From: an uncultured virus (IMG/VR IMGVR_UViG_2850925934_000001)
Lineage: Duplodnaviria; Heunggongvirae; Uroviricota; Caudoviricetes
IMG/VR virus record: IMGVR_UViG_2850925934_000001
Location: 50,240 to 70,239 of that record
Direction: 5' to 3' (one strand)
Length of the DNA: 20,000 nucleotides
The notes under the pieces were generated by a model that was given only the letters and a program-made list of their open reading frames with translations, was not told the DNA's origin and searched no databases. The translations under genes and the position numbers were made by a program. Of this stretch, positions 17,220 to 20,000 are shown piece after piece; position 1 is the first letter of the stretch; each line of letters begins with the position of its first letter.

Positions 17220-17483
17220 ATGATTATGGAAGAAGTATTAATTTTCGCGACTATCCTCGCGCCTATCTTAACGGCGCTCGTTCAGCTCGTTAAGAAAACG
17301 GTTAAGTTGCCGACGAATATCGTACCGGCTCTCAGTTTCGTCATCGGTATCTTATTGGGCGCGATTGCTTATCCGTTTACTGACCTCGATTTGGTGCTGC
17401 GTTTGTGGGCCGGCGGCTTTGCGGGTCTGGCTGCGACGGGTCTTTTCGAAATCGGAACAAAACGAGAGGGAACTACGAAATAA
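17220..17483 (+). CDS. Holin with three TM segments (A118 Hol118-like); start at 17220 or 17226
   Basis: Three hydrophobic stretches, 'WAGGFAGLAATGLFE' motif, basic C-terminus, directly after the endolysin. Confidence 0.88.
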   Translation: MIMEEVLIFATILAPILTALVQLVKKTVKLPTNIVPALSFVIGILLGAIAYPFTDLDLVLRLWAGGFAGLAATGLFEIGTKREGTTK

Positions 17484-17499
17484 AATAACGGAACTTTTT

Positions 17500-17536
17500 G
17501 CGGACGCTTGCGTATGAATACGTAGGTGTCCGTTTA
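17500..17536 (+). terminator. Long G-U-rich hairpin, probable end of the late operon
   Basis: CGGACGCTTGCGTA-TGAA-TACGTAGGTGTCCG, a 14-bp stem with three G-U pairs, then TTTA (short U tract). Confidence 0.6.
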
Positions 17537-17560
17537 CATAACTGAAAAATAAGTTATCAT
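17533..17560 (+). promoter_or_regulatory. Putative sigmaA promoter for the lipoprotein gene
   Basis: TTTACA (17533-17538), 16 nt, TATCAT (17555-17560); each box is 5/6 to consensus. Confidence 0.5.
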
Positions 17561-17575
17561 TAGAAGAAAAAGGTC

Positions 17576-18136
17576 GTGATCGTATTGAAGCGGGTTGGGC
17601 TACTTTTTTCTGCGTTAATAGCTGCGTTTTTAATCGGTGGGTGTTCATCTGATTCGCAGCCTCATAACAAAGACAGTACGGCAAAAGCTGAGGAAGTGAG
17701 CACAAATGAAAATCTAGGTGAAGATAGTGCTATTTGGGCTTATTCAGCAGAAATGAATGATAAGGCAAATTACGATGGGCTAGATATAAAAATCGATCGG
17801 ATTTTGATATCGCCATCAAGCGCCCACATTGCGATAAAAGGATCGATAGAAAACATCGGGCATTCTTCCTTTGAAGCGTATCCAGCAGCGGAAACAATCA
17901 AGCTTAACACCGGAGAGGAATTAGGTCCGGAAGAAGTGATAAAAGTAGTTGATGACGGCACGAATAAATTAAAGAAGAAGGGCGATCGTCTCGATTTCTT
18001 CTACGCTTGGCCTATGTCCAATACAGCTCCGAACGAAGTGACAAGCATAAACCTATCTTGGAATATCTACAAAACGCTTGGAGATGACGCCGTAAACTCA
18101 GCTACCTTCACGCGAAATTACACACTAAAACAATAA
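17576..18136 (+). CDS. Lipoprotein of unknown function (moron-like; beta-rich, Ig-like/DUF4352-like appearance)
   Basis: Signal peptide II 'KRVGLLFSALIAAFLIGG-C', Ser/Lys/Glu-rich tether, beta-rich domain. Start may be GTG 17576 or TTG 17585. Confidence 0.82.
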   Translation: MIVLKRVGLLFSALIAAFLIGGCSSDSQPHNKDSTAKAEEVSTNENLGEDSAIWAYSAEMNDKANYDGLDIKIDRILISPSSAHIAIKGSIENIGHSSFEAYPAAETIKLNTGEELGPEEVIKVVDDGTNKLKKKGDRLDFFYAWPMSNTAPNEVTSINLSWNIYKTLGDDAVNSATFTRNYTLKQ

Positions 18137-18142
18137 CGATAA

Positions 18143-18173
18143 GCCCCGTCCTTAACCGGATGGGGCATTTTTT
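18143..18173 (+). terminator. Terminator between the convergent lipoprotein and yolD-like genes
   Basis: GCCCCGTCC-TTAACC-GGATGGGGC followed by ATTTTTT; overlaps the yolD stop codon. Confidence 0.75.
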
Positions 18174-18487
18174 ACGTTTATGATATCCGCAAACCTCACG
18201 AAATTAGTATCGCCTTGTGCGTCCTTCACACGAAATTCCTTCCGTATGTGATCTACGTAATGAACTGCGCCGATTACTTCCCGTATGTATCCGTCGTCGT
18301 AAAGCTCAAACGACAAATCTGCGCCAACCTCCATCGATTGCGCGACCGTCACTTCCATATCCTCGATCTGCTGCGCGTCCAGTTGCGGCTTCTCCACTTT
18401 AAGCTTCGCTTCGGCCAATCGCTGAAAGCCTTCGCGTAACTCCGGTAAGATAAAGCTCGAAGCCCACAGTTTGTTATCGCCAGTCAT
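18152..18487 (-). CDS. yolD: YolD-like family protein (111 aa)
   Basis: 'NKLW.S.FILPE.RE', 'EKPQLD..QIE', 'YDDG....V.G....VD' and 'F.DII.V' are the YolD pattern. ATG at 18487 has SD GGAGG (18500-18496), so it is preferred over 18496. Confidence 0.85.
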   Translation of the reverse strand: MTGDNKLWASSFILPELREGFQRLAEAKLKVEKPQLDAQQIEDMEVTVAQSMEVGADLSFELYDDGYIREVIGAVHYVDHIRKEFRVKDAQGDTNFVRFADIINVKNAPSG

Positions 18488-18506
18488 GCCGAACACCTCC
18501 GGCTTT

Positions 18507-18536
18507 ATTATATGCGAATATGTGTTCGGTTATCAA
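18507..18536 (-). promoter_or_regulatory. sigmaA promoter of the yolD-like gene with a LexA (Cheo/SOS) box in the spacer
   Basis: Minus strand: TTGATA (18536-18531), 18 nt, TATAAT (18512-18507). CGAACACATATTCG at 18528-18515 has one mismatch to CGAACRNRYGTTCG. Confidence 0.88.
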
Positions 18537-18562
18537 TCGGAAATATCAGCCATAATAAGGAA

Positions 18563-18814
18563 CTATTGTTGTTCGTCTTTTTTAAAAACGCTTCGCAATT
18601 TCTCTTCAATGGATTCCTCATTGGTTTCAATTTTATATAATAGTTCGTAAAAATCATCTCGCAGCTTACTAATATTAGTTGCTAAATATCCGTCCATCTT
18701 TGAACCACTAAGTTCATAAATACGCGATTTTTCAAGGTCTTTCAACCTGTTTTCTATATTATTAATTTCGCGTCGGTACTTTTTGACGACTCCATTACCA
18801 TTTTCCGTCGACAT
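18563..18814 (-). CDS. Hypothetical 83-aa helical protein downstream of the HTH gene
   Basis: SD GGAGGTG 6 nt before ATG 18814; AT-rich, charged, helical; starts 19 nt after the HTH stop. Confidence 0.72.
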   Translation of the reverse strand: MSTENGNGVVKKYRREINNIENRLKDLEKSRIYELSGSKMDGYLATNISKLRDDFYELLYKIETNEESIEEKLRSVFKKDEQQ

Positions 18815-18833
18815 TATCTTCACCTCCTCTCGC

Positions 18834-19040
18834 TCACTCGCGAATTTCAAACAACTCATTCATATCTGTTATGTCAAGTTCTTTCGCAATTTTGGCAACA
18901 TGCTCTCGGTTAAAAGATGTCCGCTGATTCGAACAAAGTTCAGAGATAACATTTCTTCTAATCCCTATTTTGTCCGCGAACTTCATTTTCGGTATATTAC
19001 GGCTGTCCAATATTTCTTCAAGCTTTATATAAAGCCGCAT
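18834..19040 (-). CDS. Cro/CI-type (XRE) HTH regulator, 68 aa, probable prophage repressor
   Basis: 'LEEILDSRNI....FADKIGIRRNVISELCSNQR.......AKIAKELDI....ELF' is an HTH_3/HTH_26 pattern. SD AAGGAGG before ATG 19040 (preferred over 19118). Confidence 0.85.
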   Translation of the reverse strand: MRLYIKLEEILDSRNIPKMKFADKIGIRRNVISELCSNQRTSFNREHVAKIAKELDITDMNELFEIRE

Positions 19041-19128
19041 AACTCTTCCTCCTTGATTCTGGTCGTTATCGGATAAGGTAGATTTATTATACCTTAAATT
19101 TTCCCAAATCGAAATCATAAATATTAAT

Positions 19129-19202
19129 TTATCGATAAAAAGATAAATGTGTTGACTTATCGATAAACCGATAATATTATTTTATTATCGACATAGCGAT
19201 AT
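19129..19202. promoter_or_regulatory. Three 18-bp palindromic operators TTATCG-N6-CGATAA
   Basis: TTATCG ATAAAA AGATAA (19129-19146), TTATCG ATAAAC CGATAA (19157-19174), TTATCG ACATAG CGATAT (19185-19202); period exactly 28 bp. Confidence 0.85.
19152..19180 (+). promoter_or_regulatory. Rightward sigmaA early promoter
   Basis: TTGACT (19152-19157), 17 nt, TATTAT (19175-19180); AT-rich upstream; the middle operator fills the spacer. Confidence 0.8.
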
Positions 19203-19214
19203 GGAGGCGGAGGT

Positions 19215-20000
19215 ATGCATTACTTAGCGGAACATCAGACGTTCGATTCGACGGCGGCCCTAAACACGGCAGTCTACGAACACATTAAGCGCAATACATA
19301 CGATTTGAACGACACCGACCGCCAAGCGCTGAAGAAGATCGCTCGATATGCGGTTAAGTTCAGCGGGGCGGCGCATCTGAAGGCGGAAACGCTGGCGGAC
19401 CTCATCGGTAAGTCCGTCAAGACTGCACGCCGGGCCCTGAATAAATTGGCAACGCTCGGCATCGTTAAGAAAATCGCAACAACGCGGAAGATAAACGGAG
19501 GGAAGGGCGCGAATATAATCGTGATCCTGCCGGTGGATGACCAGTCGACAATGTCCAATCGCGGACAAGCCGAAAGGCCAACGGAGACAACGGCTGCGGT
19601 CCCGAAAACGGAAAACGAACCATCGGATTCTATTAAGCGTTCTAAAAACCAAAATAACGTATTAGATACGGCGGTCATCCCGGCTGAAGCGTTAAAAGGC
19701 GCATTGCCTGACGAAATATTTAACGCGATGTCTCGCTACTTTGACGCAGAGGATATTTATAAATACTACGGGATTTTACTTCGCGCTAAGGCCAGCGTAG
19801 ACAGAACGATCAGGCTCGAAGAACATGCGGCGCCTTTCGTTGAAGCGTGGCACGCAACGATTCTGAAAGCGAAAACGCACGAAATTAGACGTTTCGACGA
19901 TTACCTATACGCAGGGTTCAGGGAGGCGGCTTGGACCGTTAAGGCGCGCTTAAATCGTGGGGGATCGCTTATGGATCGGTTTAGGGAGGCGTTTGAATAA
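19215..20000 (+). CDS. Winged-HTH DNA-binding protein, probable replication initiator
   Basis: 261 aa. wHTH 'KAETLADLIGKSVKTARRALNKLATLGIVKK...R...GGKGANII', low-complexity linker, C-terminal helical domain with 'IRRFDDYLY'. SD GGAGG; stop at the last base of the window. Confidence 0.7.
   Translation: MHYLAEHQTFDSTAALNTAVYEHIKRNTYDLNDTDRQALKKIARYAVKFSGAAHLKAETLADLIGKSVKTARRALNKLATLGIVKKIATTRKINGGKGANIIVILPVDDQSTMSNRGQAERPTETTAAVPKTENEPSDSIKRSKNQNNVLDTAVIPAEALKGALPDEIFNAMSRYFDAEDIYKYYGILLRAKASVDRTIRLEEHAAPFVEAWHATILKAKTHEIRRFDDYLYAGFREAAWTVKARLNRGGSLMDRFREAFE

Larger units (their letters stand above)
1..20000. mobile_element. Temperate siphovirus / prophage (part); ends not within the window
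   Basis: Continuous head-tail-lysis-control gene order with no host housekeeping genes. No tail sheath gene, so the tail is non-contractile. Confidence 0.95.

Noticed and set aside
1..17483. PBSX-like defective phage or tailocin (because of xkdX and the lysis genes)
   Set aside because: No sheath or contractile baseplate genes; the Dit-Tal siphovirus layout with a full head module indicates an ordinary siphophage.
391..17961. Numerous minus-strand and alternate-frame ORFs of 60-135 aa overlapping the structural genes
   Set aside because: They overlap well-supported genes, lack recognisable motifs, and are expected antisense shadows.
19129..19202. CRISPR-like mini array (regularly spaced palindromes)
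   Set aside because: 18-bp imperfect units with 10-bp gaps overlapping a promoter and no cas genes; fits operators.
18215..19678. ORFs 18215-18439, 18217-18402, 18783-19076, 19260-19652 and 19274-19678
   Set aside because: They overlap yolD, the HTH operon or the wHTH gene and show no protein-family features.

Overview
Late-gene half and start of the control region of a temperate siphovirus (prophage). The host is most likely in the Bacillus subtilis group, inferred from CwlA-, LytG-, BhlA-, XkdX- and YolD-like proteins, a Bacillus-type SOS box and sigmaA promoters. On the + strand, 1-17483 is one long morphogenesis and lysis operon: minor capsid (5' truncated), scaffold, major capsid, collagen-like small protein, head-tail joining genes, tail tube, tail assembly chaperone with a -1 frameshift, tape measure, a GH73 glucosaminidase-Dit fusion, Tal, a beta-helix/peptidase G2 spike, a BppU-type fibre, XkdW/XkdX-like proteins, BhlA, an amidase endolysin and a holin. 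Next come a moron-like lipoprotein gene, a LexA-box-controlled yolD-like gene, and a divergent switch: a small HTH gene plus an unknown gene on the left, three 18-bp operators spaced exactly 28 bp apart, and a wHTH replication-initiator-like gene on the right. No integrase, tRNA, rRNA or CRISPR array is visible. All family assignments come from motif recognition and gene order, not database searches.
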